Source: an uncultured bacterium (GTDB taxonomy: Bacteria > UBP14 > UBA6098). From it: DNA of 32,000 bases. The stretch spans positions 35,410 to 67,409 of the forward strand of contig CAZSHG010000005.1 of the NCBI GenBank assembly GCA_964606695.1. Reading direction: 5' to 3'. A program made the translations under genes and the position numbers. Shown piece after piece: positions 16,968-26,787 of this stretch (positions are counted from its first letter, which is position 1; every line of letters begins with the position of its first letter). Below the pieces are notes generated by a model. It saw only the letters and a list, made by a program, of their open reading frames with translations. It had not been told where the DNA came from and ran no database searches.

Positions 16968-18029
16968 CTACTTTGTTGCGAGTTCGGATTTCAGCCTGTC
17001 GATTACTTTAACCGGCATGGGATCGACCTCGTTGAGAATTGCGAGATAATAACTTGCCCAGTCGCCCAGCTGAATTAGGGAGAACATTCGCGCGAGGAGG
17101 GTCTCCCCTGTTGTTTCGAGGGTTACGGTTTCTATGCCGAGTTCCTCTTGAATCTCGGTCATAAAACTCATACGGAAACCGACGCGTTCGTGCGTTCCGC
17201 GGTCTTTTAGCCAGATGGCCACGAGTAACTCTTTGAGAAAATCCACCTGATTCCAACCCACGAGTTCGTTATGGTTGTTTTCTGGCAGGAATGCGCTATA
17301 GGCGAGTTGTTTCGCGTTTTCGTTTATCTGACCGCGAAAACGGACCGCGACCGAATCGAAGTGTTCGCTGTCTGAATAGATTAGCGGAAGTTTTTTGAAA
17401 AAGCTGAAGGCCAGAGCCTTCGCCGCGTTATTTTCGGCGCGAACGTCGAGGTCATATTGTTCGACGCCCGAGACAAGCAGTTTATACGTGTCGTCGATTG
17501 CGTTCAGTTGTTCCGGAATGAAGCCGAGTTCTTCCATCAGGGTTAGCATCGGTGCGAAACTATAGCCCAATGCGGCTCGCGGAGGAAGCCCGCCGGGTAT
17601 TATCACCACCGGAAGATTTTTCTCCGTCGCGATTTCGGACAATTTACCGCCGGTGGTTATTGCCATTCTCTGGGCATCGAGTTCGCCGGCTTCGGTGAAA
17701 GCGGTCAGGGTTTCCTCCGTGTTGCCCGAATAGCTTGATCCGATGACGAGGGTATTTTCGCCCACGAAAGTCGGAAGATTGTAATCGCGGTTAATATAAA
17801 TAGGTATGGCGATTTTGTCGATAGCATATGAACGAACCAGATCGCCACCTATCGCGCTCCCCCCCATCCCGCAAACGACTATGTTTTCGACGCGGGAGGT
17901 ATCGATGACGTCGAGGGGCACTTCGCGGGCGAGATCTCGACCCGTTAGCAGTTGCCCGGGAAATTCACGAAGGAACTCGATCATTCCGCCGCTGTCTATC
18001 TCTTTGATTTTGTTAATGTTATCAAGCAT
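16968..18029 (-). CDS. Bifunctional phosphoglucose/phosphomannose isomerase
   Basis: VVCGMGGSAIGGDLVRSY...IGSSYSGNTEETL...PPRAALGYSF...NHNELVGW. Confidence 0.88.
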   Translation of the reverse strand: MLDNINKIKEIDSGGMIEFLREFPGQLLTGRDLAREVPLDVIDTSRVENIVVCGMGGSAIGGDLVRSYAIDKIAIPIYINRDYNLPTFVGENTLVIGSSYSGNTEETLTAFTEAGELDAQRMAITTGGKLSEIATEKNLPVVIIPGGLPPRAALGYSFAPMLTLMEELGFIPEQLNAIDDTYKLLVSGVEQYDLDVRAENNAAKALAFSFFKKLPLIYSDSEHFDSVAVRFRGQINENAKQLAYSAFLPENNHNELVGWNQVDFLKELLVAIWLKDRGTHERVGFRMSFMTEIQEELGIETVTLETTGETLLARMFSLIQLGDWASYYLAILNEVDPMPVKVIDRLKSELATK

Positions 18030-18121
18030 TCTGTCTCCGTCGTTGAATGAATTTAGAAAGTTTAAATATATGTTGTAATCGGTTGACAGTCAAATTATTT
18101 TCATTATTTTCGAGAAAAGTC

Positions 18122-18150
18122 TTGACATTCGTATATCTGACGTATATTTT
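18122..18150 (+). promoter_or_regulatory. Possible promoter for tRNA-Ala/fabG (TTGACA at 18122-18127; TATATT 18143 or TATTTT 18145)
   Basis: Consensus -35 with a 15- or 17-nt spacer, about 90 nt upstream of the tRNA. Confidence 0.35.
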
Positions 18151-18239
18151 CACGTAGTTTTGAAGCTCGTGATAGGTTAAAGCCTATCTCGAAAGCTGTT
18201 AAATAAGATGTTTTCAGCGATTTCGTTATTTCAAAATCT

Positions 18240-18315
18240 GGGGCCGTAGCTCAGTTGGGAGAGCGCCAGAATCGCACTCTGGAGGCCGTGGGTTCGACTC
18301 CCATCGGCTCCACCA
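18240..18315 (+). tRNA. tRNA-Ala (anticodon CGC), encoded CCA end
   Basis: Cloverleaf: GGGGCCG/CGGCTCC acceptor with the G3:U70 Ala identity pair; anticodon arm CCAGA-ATCGCAC-TCTGG; TTCGACT T-loop; ACCA end. Confidence 0.95.
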
Positions 18316-18323
18316 TGAAAATT

Positions 18324-19058
18324 ATGAACGTTCTGAACGGTAAAACGGCGATTATTACGGGCGCCGCCCGCGGCATCGGGAAGGCGATTGCGAAACTCTT
18401 CAGTGAGGAAGGCGCGAATTTAATCCTTGTCGATCTGGACGAAACCGAGCTGAAAAAGACGGCAATTGAAATTGGAGTTGAATCTTTCGTAGCGGATATT
18501 TCCAACGCCGAAGACGCTGAAAAGGCCGTCAAGACGGCAATCGATAAATATGGTTCTTTAGATATATTGATCAACAACGCCGGAATCACGCGCGACGCTC
18601 TCGCGATTCGGATGAAACCGGAGGATTTCGAGCTTGTGCTGAAGGTCAATCTGACCGGTGCTTTTCTTATGGCAAAAGCCGCGGCACGAGTTATGATGAA
18701 ATCCCGATACGGCAAGATAGTTAATATGGCAAGCGTTGTCGGAGTTAACGGGAACGCAGGCCAGGCGAACTATGCCGCATCGAAGGGTGGATTGATCTCG
18801 ATGACCAAGACTTTTGCCAAGGAGTTTGGCAATCGAGGGATTCGTGTCAACGCCATCGCACCCGGACTCATCGAAACGGAGATGACCGCGAATCTTCCAG
18901 AATCGGCACTCGAGGGTTTCAAAAATAAGATAGCCCTCAGCAAAGCCGCCGGCACTCCGGAAGACGTGGCAAAAGCCACTCTCTTTCTGGCGTCGGAAGA
19001 TTCGGATTATATTACCGGCACGGTTTTACCCGTCGATGGCGGGATGTTGATCGCATAG
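18324..19058 (+). CDS. fabG: 3-oxoacyl-[acyl-carrier-protein] reductase (SDR)
   Basis: KTAIITGAARGIGKAIAKLF...DILINNAGITRD...NMASVVGVNGNAGQANYAASKGG...PGLIETEMT. Alternative start ATG at 18315 overlaps the last base of the tRNA CCA. Confidence 0.92.
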   Translation: MNVLNGKTAIITGAARGIGKAIAKLFSEEGANLILVDLDETELKKTAIEIGVESFVADISNAEDAEKAVKTAIDKYGSLDILINNAGITRDALAIRMKPEDFELVLKVNLTGAFLMAKAAARVMMKSRYGKIVNMASVVGVNGNAGQANYAASKGGLISMTKTFAKEFGNRGIRVNAIAPGLIETEMTANLPESALEGFKNKIALSKAAGTPEDVAKATLFLASEDSDYITGTVLPVDGGMLIA

Positions 19059-19079
19059 TATATTTCAATTTTGATTAAT

Positions 19080-19195
19080 GCGGCTATACGCCGCGAATAT
19101 TGTTGCTACGATATTCGTTCCCCGAGCCGAATATCGTCCCGCTGGACTTGGGGGGTTATACCTGTAAGGTGCACCCCCGCTTAGTGGGGTTTTTT
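19080..19195 (+). promoter_or_regulatory. Candidate attenuator leader of the rpsQ operon (alternative hairpins plus intrinsic terminator)
   Basis: GCGGC-tatac-GCCGC 19080-19094; 10-bp perfect stem 19108-19117/19128-19137; antiterminator-like GGGGGT 19151-19156/ACCCCC 19173-19178; terminator ACCCC 19173-19177/GGGGT 19186-19190. Confidence 0.6.
19173..19195 (+). terminator. Rho-independent terminator-like hairpin
   Basis: ACCCC-CGCTTAGT-GGGGT followed by TTTTT. Confidence 0.7.
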
Positions 19196-19225
19196 GTATT
19201 GAAAAAGCTCATGGAGGCTTTAACT

Positions 19226-19489
19226 ATGAGAGAAAAAAAGAAGATGCGCGAAGGAGTTGTCGTCTCCAACGCGATGGATAAAACGGTGAAGGTGGAAGTG
19301 GCATACAAATACCCCCACCCTCTTTACGGCAAGGTCGTGAAGAGCCGACATACGTTCAAGGCACATGACGAGAAAAACGAGTGCCTCGTCGGGGATAAAG
19401 TCCTTATGGTCGAGTCTTCACCGCTGTCGAAGACCAAGCGCTGGCGCGTTTTAGAGATTCTCGAACGTCCTGAGGCCGCGGAGGTGTAA
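19226..19489 (+). CDS. rpsQ: 30S ribosomal protein S17
   Basis: [42 protein letters not shown]...[13 protein letters not shown]; Shine-Dalgarno TGGAGG at about 19212; start reassigned from 19100. Confidence 0.95.
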   Translation: MREKKKMREGVVVSNAMDKTVKVEVAYKYPHPLYGKVVKSRHTFKAHDEKNECLVGDKVLMVESSPLSKTKRWRVLEILERPEAAEV

Positions 19490-19490
19490 A

Positions 19491-19859
19491 ATGATTCAGC
19501 GTGAAAGCATACTCAACGTGGCAGACAACTCCGGTGCCAGGCGGGCGCAGGTAATCGGACTTACGCACGGAACACAACACAATATCGCGCATATAGGCGA
19601 TATAGTAATTATCAGCGTTAAGGAAGCCATACCCGGCGCGGCAGTTAAAAAGGGCGAAATCGCGCATGCGGTAATTGTCCGAACAAAGAAGCCGCTTCGC
19701 CGAGCCGACGGTAGCTACATCCGCTTCGACGATAACGCCGCCGTCCTTATCGACGCTCAGCACGAGCCTCGCGGAACACGTGTTTTCGGCCCGGTAGCCA
19801 GAGAATTACGTGAACTGGATTTTATGAAGATAGTCTCGCTGGCCCCTGAGGTCTTATAA
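19491..19859 (+). CDS. rplN: 50S ribosomal protein L14
   Basis: [24 protein letters not shown]...[14 protein letters not shown]. Confidence 0.97.
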   Translation: MIQRESILNVADNSGARRAQVIGLTHGTQHNIAHIGDIVIISVKEAIPGAAVKKGEIAHAVIVRTKKPLRRADGSYIRFDDNAAVLIDAQHEPRGTRVFGPVARELRELDFMKIVSLAPEVL

Positions 19860-19869
19860 GGAGTTAGAT

Positions 19870-20208
19870 ATGAGAAAGAATCAACAACCGGCGGTTAGAA
19901 TCAAGAAAAACGATATCGTTCGAGTTATAGCGGGAAATTATCGCGGGGCGAAGGGTAAAGTGCTCAAGGTCTTTCCGCGTAGCCGCCGCGTAATAATTGA
20001 GGGCGTTAATTTCATAAAAAGGCACACGAAACCCCGAAGTCAGAGCGACCCCGGCGGAATACAGGAACGCGAGGCACCTATTCACATCTCGAACGTCGAA
20101 CTCGTTTGTCCAAAATGCGGCGCGGAAACCCGTATAGGCATGCACTTCACCGAAGACGGAAGCAAGGTGAGGATTTGTAAAAAATGTCTGGAGATGATAG
20201 ACGTCTGA
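19870..20208 (+). CDS. rplX: 50S ribosomal protein L24
   Basis: [26 protein letters not shown]...[11 protein letters not shown]. Confidence 0.96.
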   Translation: MRKNQQPAVRIKKNDIVRVIAGNYRGAKGKVLKVFPRSRRVIIEGVNFIKRHTKPRSQSDPGGIQEREAPIHISNVELVCPKCGAETRIGMHFTEDGSKVRICKKCLEMIDV

Positions 20209-20227
20209 TCGAGATAAGGAGATAACA

Positions 20228-20773
20228 ATGGCATCGAGATACATTAAAATATACGAAGACGAGGTCGTTCCAAAACTTATGGAGCGTTTCGAATATTCGA
20301 ATGTCAACCGGGTTCCCGAATTAAAGAAGATAGTCGTCAATATGGGAGTCGGGGAGGCATCGAGGAATCCGAAGTTACTCGAAGGAGCGACTGAAGAGTT
20401 GGCAACTATTACCGGGCAGAAAACGAAAATTTGCAAAGCCAGGAAGAGCGTCGCTAATTTCAATTTGAGAAAAGGGATGGCAATCGGCACTTCGGTTACT
20501 CTTCGAGGTAATCGTATGTATGATTTCCTCGACAGACTGGTCAATATAGCCATTCCGAGGATTCGCGATTTCCGTGGACTTAACCCGAATGCGTTCGACG
20601 GCAGAGGCAATTATACTATGGGAGTTACGGAGCAAATTATATTCCCGGAAATCGATTATGACAAAGTAGAACAAATAAGGGGATTGAATATCACGCTTGT
20701 AACATCGGCAGAGACCGATGAAGAGAGTTACGAACTCCTCACGGCGTTCGGATTCCCCTTTAAGAGAACTTAA
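20228..20773 (+). CDS. rplE: 50S ribosomal protein L5
   Basis: [18 protein letters not shown]...[34 protein letters not shown]. Confidence 0.97.
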   Translation: MASRYIKIYEDEVVPKLMERFEYSNVNRVPELKKIVVNMGVGEASRNPKLLEGATEELATITGQKTKICKARKSVANFNLRKGMAIGTSVTLRGNRMYDFLDRLVNIAIPRIRDFRGLNPNAFDGRGNYTMGVTEQIIFPEIDYDKVEQIRGLNITLVTSAETDEESYELLTAFGFPFKRT

Positions 20774-20791
20774 ATCGTTCGAGGTGATTTT

Positions 20792-20977
20792 ATGGCGAGG
20801 AAAAGCTTAATCGCCAAAGCAAAAAGAAAACCAAAATATAAAGTAAGGGCTTATAACCGCTGTGAACGCTGTGGTCGTCCGCGGGGTTATCTTCGAGATT
20901 TTGGCCTTTGCAGAATTTGCTTCAGGGAACTGGCCTTAAAAGGCAAAATCCCCGGAGTTCGTAAGGCTAGCTGGTAG
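20792..20977 (+). CDS. rpsN: 30S ribosomal protein S14, zinc-binding type
   Basis: 61 aa, [25 protein letters not shown]...[11 protein letters not shown]. Confidence 0.96.
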   Translation: MARKSLIAKAKRKPKYKVRAYNRCERCGRPRGYLRDFGLCRICFRELALKGKIPGVRKASW

Positions 20978-20998
20978 AATCGGGAGGTTATTCTAATT

Positions 20999-21394
20999 AT
21001 GATGACTGATCCTATAGCCGATATGCTAACACGCATCCGCAACGGTGTAATGGCCAACAAAAAGGTCGTTGCCATGCCGTCGAGTAAGATGCGGCATAAT
21101 CTGGTTCGAGTATTGACAGAGGAAAAGTTCGTTCGCGGTTATAAAATAGTGCCGTCCGACGGCCCAAGCCCCACGTTGAAAGTTTACCTTAAATACAACG
21201 AGGGCGAATCGGTTCTGAAGGGCATCCAGCGAGTTTCCAAACCGGGACGAAGGGTTTACGCAAAGCTTGACAAACTGCCCAGGGTTCGCGGCGGTCTTGG
21301 GGTGGCGATTCTATCCACCTCGAAGGGCGTCCTGACCGATCGCCAGGCAAAGATGCTCGGTGTGGGCGGCGAAGTCCTTTGCTATGTTTGGTAA
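20999..21394 (+). CDS. rpsH: 30S ribosomal protein S8
   Basis: MTDPIADMLTRIRNGVMANK...GVLTDRQAKMLGVGGEVLCYVW. Confidence 0.97.
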   Translation: MMTDPIADMLTRIRNGVMANKKVVAMPSSKMRHNLVRVLTEEKFVRGYKIVPSDGPSPTLKVYLKYNEGESVLKGIQRVSKPGRRVYAKLDKLPRVRGGLGVAILSTSKGVLTDRQAKMLGVGGEVLCYVW

Positions 21395-21403
21395 GGAGTT
21401 AAA

Positions 21404-21988
21404 ATGAGCCGCATAGGATATAATCCATTGACTATTCCCGACGGCGTTAAGGTCGAGTTCAAGAACGGCGTCGTTAAGGCTTCAGGTCCAAAAGGGGAAT
21501 TGACCTGCGAATTGCGCCCCGAAGTCGGCTATCAAGAAAACGACGACGGGACAATTACAATTACGAGAATTAACGACGAAAAAAGACCTCGACAGATGCA
21601 CGGCCTACATCGATCTCTCGTTGAAAATATGCTCATCGGCGTTAGCGAAGGATTCGAGAAGAATCTCGAGGTTATCGGGGTTGGATATAAGGTTGAACAG
21701 CATGGAAAAGGTCTTATTATCGGTCTTGGTTTCAGTCACCAGATATTCTTCGTGCCGCCAGAAGGGATAACATTGACCTGCGATGCGCCCAAGAGAAAGG
21801 TTCAGGCAGAAGGAACACCTAACCAGCTTCTGGCGGGTTTTATCAAGGTCGAAGGTGCTGACAAACAGCTTGTCGGACAGGTAGCCGCTAAAATACGAAG
21901 CCTGAAACGCCCAGACGTTTATAAGAGCAAGGGCATACGTTACGCAGACGAACGCGTGAGTATCAAAGCCGGTAAAGCCGCAGTCTAA
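21404..21988 (+). CDS. rplF: 50S ribosomal protein L6
   Basis: MSRIGYNPLTIPDGVKV...GVSEGFEKNLEVIGVGYKVE...RPDVYKSKGIRYADE. Confidence 0.96.
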   Translation: MSRIGYNPLTIPDGVKVEFKNGVVKASGPKGELTCELRPEVGYQENDDGTITITRINDEKRPRQMHGLHRSLVENMLIGVSEGFEKNLEVIGVGYKVEQHGKGLIIGLGFSHQIFFVPPEGITLTCDAPKRKVQAEGTPNQLLAGFIKVEGADKQLVGQVAAKIRSLKRPDVYKSKGIRYADERVSIKAGKAAV

Positions 21989-22008
21989 GTTAAGTATAGA
22001 GGAATATC

Positions 22009-22371
22009 ATGAAGAATAAGAAAGACATCAAGCGCAACAGACGGATAATCAGAGTTCGTAAAAAAGTTTACGGAACCTCTGATAAACCGCGTTTATGCGT
22101 TTTCAGAAGCCTGCGCCACATTTACGCTCAGGCTATCGACGACGATACGGGCAATACGATCGCGACGGTTTCGACGCTTACTCCCGATGTCGAGGGAGAA
22201 TTAAAAGGGAAAAACAAATCCGAAAGCGCCGAAATCGTGGGGCAAAAAATCGCTGAGATATTAAAGGACAAAGGTATCGAGAACGTTGTCTTCGACCGTC
22301 ACGGGTATCTTTATCACGGCAGAATAAAGGCTTTGGCGGAAGGCGCTCGAAAGGGCGGACTTCAGTTTTAG
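22009..22371 (+). CDS. rplR: 50S ribosomal protein L18
   Basis: [36 protein letters not shown]...[26 protein letters not shown]. Confidence 0.97.
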   Translation: MKNKKDIKRNRRIIRVRKKVYGTSDKPRLCVFRSLRHIYAQAIDDDTGNTIATVSTLTPDVEGELKGKNKSESAEIVGQKIAEILKDKGIENVVFDRHGYLYHGRIKALAEGARKGGLQF

Positions 22372-22379
22372 GAGTATTT

Positions 22380-22916
22380 ATGGCAGACGATAAGAAAAGA
22401 AGAGGTCGTAAGGGCAGGTCGAGTAAACCTGTGGAAGAAACGCTGGAAGAACGAGTGATTTCGATTAATCGTGTTTCCAAGGTAGTCAAGGGCGGCAAAA
22501 ATATGAGTTTTAACGCTCTCGTCGCCGTCGGCGACAGGATGGGAAACGTGGGTATCGGACTTGGCAAGGCAAACGAGGTCGCTTCCGCGATTCGTAAAGC
22601 TACCGGGGACGCCCGTAAGTCGATGGTGCGAATACCGCTCATCGCCAATAGAACGATTCCACACGAGATTACCGGCAGATACGGTTCGGCTCGAGTTCTG
22701 CTCAAGCCGGCGGCACCGGGAACAGGCGTTATCGCCGGAGGAGCCGTTCGTCAGATACTCGAGGCGCTTGGCGTGCAGGACATCCTTACAAAATCCCTCG
22801 GCTCGAAAAACCCTATTAACGTAGCGAAAGCTACTATGGAAGGTCTTCAGGCACAGGAGAACCTCGAAATGGTCGCCGATAGGCGCGGAATTTCGCCCGA
22901 AAGATTGAAAAGATAG
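22380..22916 (+). CDS. rpsE: 30S ribosomal protein S5
   Basis: [31 protein letters not shown]...[17 protein letters not shown]. Confidence 0.97.
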   Translation: MADDKKRRGRKGRSSKPVEETLEERVISINRVSKVVKGGKNMSFNALVAVGDRMGNVGIGLGKANEVASAIRKATGDARKSMVRIPLIANRTIPHEITGRYGSARVLLKPAAPGTGVIAGGAVRQILEALGVQDILTKSLGSKNPINVAKATMEGLQAQENLEMVADRRGISPERLKR

Positions 22917-22928
22917 CGGAGAATTATC

Positions 22929-23129
22929 ATGGAACGCGTAAAAATAACATTGATCAAAAGCCCGATAGGGTTTGATAAAAGACAGAGGGCTACGGTTAAG
23001 TCTCTCGGTTTGAAAAAGATCCGACAGACAGTGGAACATGACGCTACCGATAGCATCATGGGAATGGCCTTCAGGATAAAACACCTGGTTAAAGTCGAGA
23101 AAATCGAAGAGACTGGAGGTGGAGAATGA
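22929..23129 (+). CDS. rpmD: 50S ribosomal protein L30
   Basis: VKITLIKSPIGFDKRQRATVKSLGLKKIRQTVEH. Confidence 0.95.
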   Translation: MERVKITLIKSPIGFDKRQRATVKSLGLKKIRQTVEHDATDSIMGMAFRIKHLVKVEKIEETGGGE

Positions 23130-23563
23130 AACTCGGGAAGCTTAAACCACCCGAAGGATCTAAGAAGAAACGTAAGAGAGTCGGTCGTGGAGAATCCTCG
23201 GGAACCGGAAAAACATCCGGGAGAGGACACAAAGGCCAGATGTCGCGTAGCGGGGTAACCAAACGTTCCTGGATGGAAGGCGGCCAGATGCCTTTGGCAA
23301 GACGCCTTCCCAAGAAGGGATTCAATCCGCCGCAACGCAAAATTTATCAGGTTATTAATATCCAGGACCTTAACCGCTTCGAAGAAGGCCAGGATATCGA
23401 CATCGACGCGATGAGAGAAAACGGGCTTATCTCGCGCAAGCTTCCCGTAAAGCTTCTCGCTAACGGCGAACTGCGCGTTAAAGTAAATGTGAAAGTAAAC
23501 GCCGCCAGTAAAACTGCTATCGAAAAGGTAGAAAAGGGCGGCGGTAAAGTGGAGATTATATAA
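23126..23563 (+). CDS. rplO: 50S ribosomal protein L15
   Basis: KLGKLKPPEGSKKKRKRVGRGESSGTGKTSGRGHKGQMSRSG; ATGA overlap with rpmD. Confidence 0.97.
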   Translation: MKLGKLKPPEGSKKKRKRVGRGESSGTGKTSGRGHKGQMSRSGVTKRSWMEGGQMPLARRLPKKGFNPPQRKIYQVINIQDLNRFEEGQDIDIDAMRENGLISRKLPVKLLANGELRVKVNVKVNAASKTAIEKVEKGGGKVEII

Positions 23564-23575
23564 GGCGGTGCCTAA

Positions 23576-24919
23576 TTGAAACGGATAATCGAAGCTATAA
23601 CAAACGTCTTTAAGATTCCCGATTTGAGGAAGAAGGTCCTTTTCACAATCGCGATGGTCGTGCTCTACCGTCTGGGCGGGCATATTCCGTTGCCGGGAAT
23701 CAATATGGGCGCTTTACAGCAGGCATTTGGCCAGGGCGAGATGGGCGGTTTGTTCGGCCTTTACGATATGTTCGTCGGGGGCGCGTTCAGGCGGGCTACT
23801 ATTTTCGCTACCGGGATTATGCCTTACATAACGGCGTCGATTATTATTCAGCTCCTCGGCGCTGTTATCCCCTATTTCCAGAGATTACAGCGAGAGGGCG
23901 AAGAGGGACGCCGCAAGATCACGCAATATACACGTTACGGCGCTCTTTTTATCGCCGCGGCTCAATCTCTTGGAATGATCGCTTATCTACATAATCTCAA
24001 TGCCGGTAGCACGTCGTCTATTATTACGCCGGCCCTTTCGGGAATTCCCTTCACGGTTCTCGCGGTTATAAGCTTGACTACAGGTGCCGCTATAATTATG
24101 TGGATAGGCGAGTTAATGACTGAAAAGGGAATTGGGAACGGCATGAGTATCCTGATTCTCGTGGGTATCGTTTCGAGGCTTCCTATGACGTTCTACCAGG
24201 AAATAGTCCTGTTGTTGGAGGGTGGCCGTTCGATTTTCATCGAATTTATAGTTGTTATCGGAATCCTTTTCTTTATCGCCTGTGCGATTTTGCTGTCGCA
24301 GGGTAGTCGGCAGATTCCAGTGCAATATGCACGCAAGGTCGCCGGACGCAAGGTTTACGGCGGTAGCGCCACTCATCTCCCCCTCAGGATCAATGCCGCG
24401 GGCGTCATCCCGATTATTTTCGCCAGTGCGGTGATGTTCATCCCAACGCTAGTTATCGGGCTTCTTCCCGACGGCGGGATAAAACAGGCTTTAACGCAGG
24501 CCTTTACCGGCGGATCCTTCGTATATAATATCATCTACGGCGTGATTATTGTATTCTTCGCCTATTTCTACACGGCGGTGATATTCAATCCCGTGGATGT
24601 CGCGGAAAATATGAAAAAATACGGCGGCTTCATTCCAGGCAGACGGCCTGGCAAACAGACGTCGGAATATATCGATAAAGTTCTCACGAGAATCACGCTT
24701 CCCGGAGCTATCGGGCTGGCATTAATTGCTATCGTTCCGGTGTGGTTCCTGAGGGGCGCTACAGGGGGCACCGGCGGATTGCAATATGCCGTGGGTGGAA
24801 CGACGTTGTTGATTCTAACCGGAGTTATTATAGATACGCTTCAGCAGATCGAAAGCCACCTGCTAATGCGCCACTATGACGGCTTTATGAAGAAAGGCAG
24901 AATCCGGGGAAGACGTTAG
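23576..24919 (+). CDS. secY: Preprotein translocase subunit SecY
   Basis: IPDLRKKVLFTIAMVVLYRLGGHIPLPGI...FATGIMPYITASIIIQLL...VAENMKKYGGFIPGRRPGKQTSEYIDKVLTRIT. Confidence 0.97.
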   Translation: MKRIIEAITNVFKIPDLRKKVLFTIAMVVLYRLGGHIPLPGINMGALQQAFGQGEMGGLFGLYDMFVGGAFRRATIFATGIMPYITASIIIQLLGAVIPYFQRLQREGEEGRRKITQYTRYGALFIAAAQSLGMIAYLHNLNAGSTSSIITPALSGIPFTVLAVISLTTGAAIIMWIGELMTEKGIGNGMSILILVGIVSRLPMTFYQEIVLLLEGGRSIFIEFIVVIGILFFIACAILLSQGSRQIPVQYARKVAGRKVYGGSATHLPLRINAAGVIPIIFASAVMFIPTLVIGLLPDGGIKQALTQAFTGGSFVYNIIYGVIIVFFAYFYTAVIFNPVDVAENMKKYGGFIPGRRPGKQTSEYIDKVLTRITLPGAIGLALIAIVPVWFLRGATGGTGGLQYAVGGTTLLILTGVIIDTLQQIESHLLMRHYDGFMKKGRIRGRR

Positions 24920-24921
24920 CT

Positions 24922-25596
24922 ATGACCCAAGAATCGAGAAAATATTATATTCTCATTTTAGGCCCTCCCGGTTCCGGCAAAGGAACTTATGCGAAACGCC
25001 TTGCGCAAAAGCTCGATTTGCGGCACATTGCAACGGGAGACATTCTGAGGGAGAAAGTCGAAAAGGGCGACGAACTCGCGGAAGCTATTAAAGCTTATAT
25101 CGACAAGGGCGAACTCGTGCCCGACGAGATGATAATCGAGATAATCCGCGAGATTCTCACCAGTGATAAGATCGTAAACGGATTCACGCTCGATGGTTTC
25201 CCCAGAACGTTGCCACAGGCGAAGATGCTCGACGAGATGATGGATTCGCTCGGCTGGAAATTCGATTATATCTTCTACGTCTGGGCGGAGAAGGAAAACA
25301 TCGTAGAGAGGCTGGCAAATCGCGTCCAATGCGAGAATTGCGGCGCTATTTACAATATGATCGACAATCCGCCGAAAGCGGATAACATCTGCGATAACTG
25401 CGGGGCGAAATTGCATCATCGTCTCGACGATAACCGGAAGGTTATTTTACATAGATTTGAAGTTTATGAACGGGATACGGTTTCAGTTGTAGACCATTAC
25501 AGGAATCATCCCGGGTTCTTTAAAATATATACCGGCGGCCCCGTCGGCGTAGCCGAGGTCGAAATGTTTAAGGCTATCGACGGAGACACTCGATGA
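24922..25596 (+). CDS. adk: Adenylate kinase with zinc-type LID
   Basis: ILGPPGSGKGTYAKRLAQKLDLRHIATGDILRE...GFPRTLPQA...CENCGAIYN...CDNCGAKLHHR. Confidence 0.97.
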   Translation: MTQESRKYYILILGPPGSGKGTYAKRLAQKLDLRHIATGDILREKVEKGDELAEAIKAYIDKGELVPDEMIIEIIREILTSDKIVNGFTLDGFPRTLPQAKMLDEMMDSLGWKFDYIFYVWAEKENIVERLANRVQCENCGAIYNMIDNPPKADNICDNCGAKLHHRLDDNRKVILHRFEVYERDTVSVVDHYRNHPGFFKIYTGGPVGVAEVEMFKAIDGDTR

Positions 25597-26387
25597 TCGA
25601 GTTGAAGTCAGCGCGAGAAATCGAATTAATGCGTAAAGCCGGAATTGTAGTCGGAGAAACGTTGCACGTTCTTTTCGAGGCTACCGAACCGGGAGTAACC
25701 ACAGCCGAATTAAACGAACTCGCAGGCAAAACCATCGAAAGCTACGGTGCGGAAAGCGCTTTTCTGCATTATGTCGTCGATGATCAATGTCCTCCCTACC
25801 CGGGAATCGTATGTATTTCCGTAAACGACGAAGTCGTCCACGGAATACCCGGGCAAAGGAAGATAGAGTCGGGCGATCTGGTCTCCTTCGACGTTGGGAC
25901 GCGCTTAGAGGGATTTTGCGGCGACGGCGCGGGCACGATAATAGTCGGCGACGCGCTAAAAGACGTTAGACGGCTGGTCGATGTCACGCGGCAATCTCTT
26001 TATAATGGAATAGAACGGACCGTAGCCGGCAACCATATTCGCGACATCAGCCGCAGTGTTCAGGTCACGGTGGAATCGGCCAGATTCGGAATCGTCCGCG
26101 AGATGGTCGGGCACGGAATCGGGAAGGAAGTCCACGAAGAGCCGCAGGTGCCGAATTTCGTTACCAGTGGTTATTCGCCAAAATTGGTTCCGGGAATGAC
26201 GCTCGCAATCGAACCGATGGTAACGATGGGCGATTGGCGGCTGAAGGAACTTGACGACAAATGGACTTTAGTTACCGCAGACGGCAGTTTATCGGCGCAT
26301 TTTGAACATACGGTCGCAATCACGGAAAACGGCCCGGTTATTTTGACATTACGTGAGAACGGAAAAGCGGGTTTCGACCCGATATAA
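25593..26387 (+). CDS. map: Type I methionine aminopeptidase
   Basis: ELKSAREIELMRKAGIVVGETL...SVNDEVVHGIPG...GDLVSFDVGTRLEGFCGDGAGT...GHGIGKEVHEEPQVPNF...LAIEPM; ATGA overlap with adk. Confidence 0.97.
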   Translation: MIELKSAREIELMRKAGIVVGETLHVLFEATEPGVTTAELNELAGKTIESYGAESAFLHYVVDDQCPPYPGIVCISVNDEVVHGIPGQRKIESGDLVSFDVGTRLEGFCGDGAGTIIVGDALKDVRRLVDVTRQSLYNGIERTVAGNHIRDISRSVQVTVESARFGIVREMVGHGIGKEVHEEPQVPNFVTSGYSPKLVPGMTLAIEPMVTMGDWRLKELDDKWTLVTADGSLSAHFEHTVAITENGPVILTLRENGKAGFDPI

Positions 26388-26399
26388 AAAACAGGCTAA

Positions 26400-26636
26400 A
26401 TGGAAAACGGAAACGAAAACGAAAAGAAAGAGAGTATCCAGGTGGAGGGAGTCGTAATCGAGGCTTTACCCAATACGACATTTCTCGTAGAACTGGAAAA
26501 TAAACATAGAATACTGGCGTATGTATCCGGCAAGATGCGAAAATATTACATCCGGATTTTGCCCGGAGATCGCGTAACGGTCGAGCTTTCGCCCTATGAT
26601 CTTGAAAAGGGGCGCATTGTCTATCGTTACAAATAG
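26400..26636 (+). CDS. infA: Translation initiation factor IF-1
   Basis: [66 protein letters not shown]. Confidence 0.96.
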   Translation: MENGNENEKKESIQVEGVVIEALPNTTFLVELENKHRILAYVSGKMRKYYIRILPGDRVTVELSPYDLEKGRIVYRYK

Positions 26637-26663
26637 CCTGGAGGAATACGCAGGAGGTTAATA

Positions 26664-26777
26664 ATGAAAGTTCGAGCATCGGTAAAGAAAATTTGCGCCA
26701 AATGCCGCATCGTCAAACGCAAAGGGCGTGTTCGAGTAATCTGTTCTAACCCGCGACATAAGCAACGCCAGGGTTAG
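26664..26777 (+). CDS. rpmJ: 50S ribosomal protein L36 (37 aa, absent from the ORF track)
   Basis: ATG 26664 to TAG 26777: [37 protein letters not shown]; preceded by CAGGAGG. Confidence 0.97.
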   Translation: MKVRASVKKICAKCRIVKRKGRVRVICSNPRHKQRQG

Positions 26778-26787
26778 GAGGTAAAAC

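Noticed and set aside
18251-18715. 154-aa minus ORF ending ...MVEPMGVEPTASRVRFWRSPN
   Set aside because: This tail is the antisense translation of the tRNA-Ala T-arm, a well-known spurious ORF signature; the rest is antisense to fabG.
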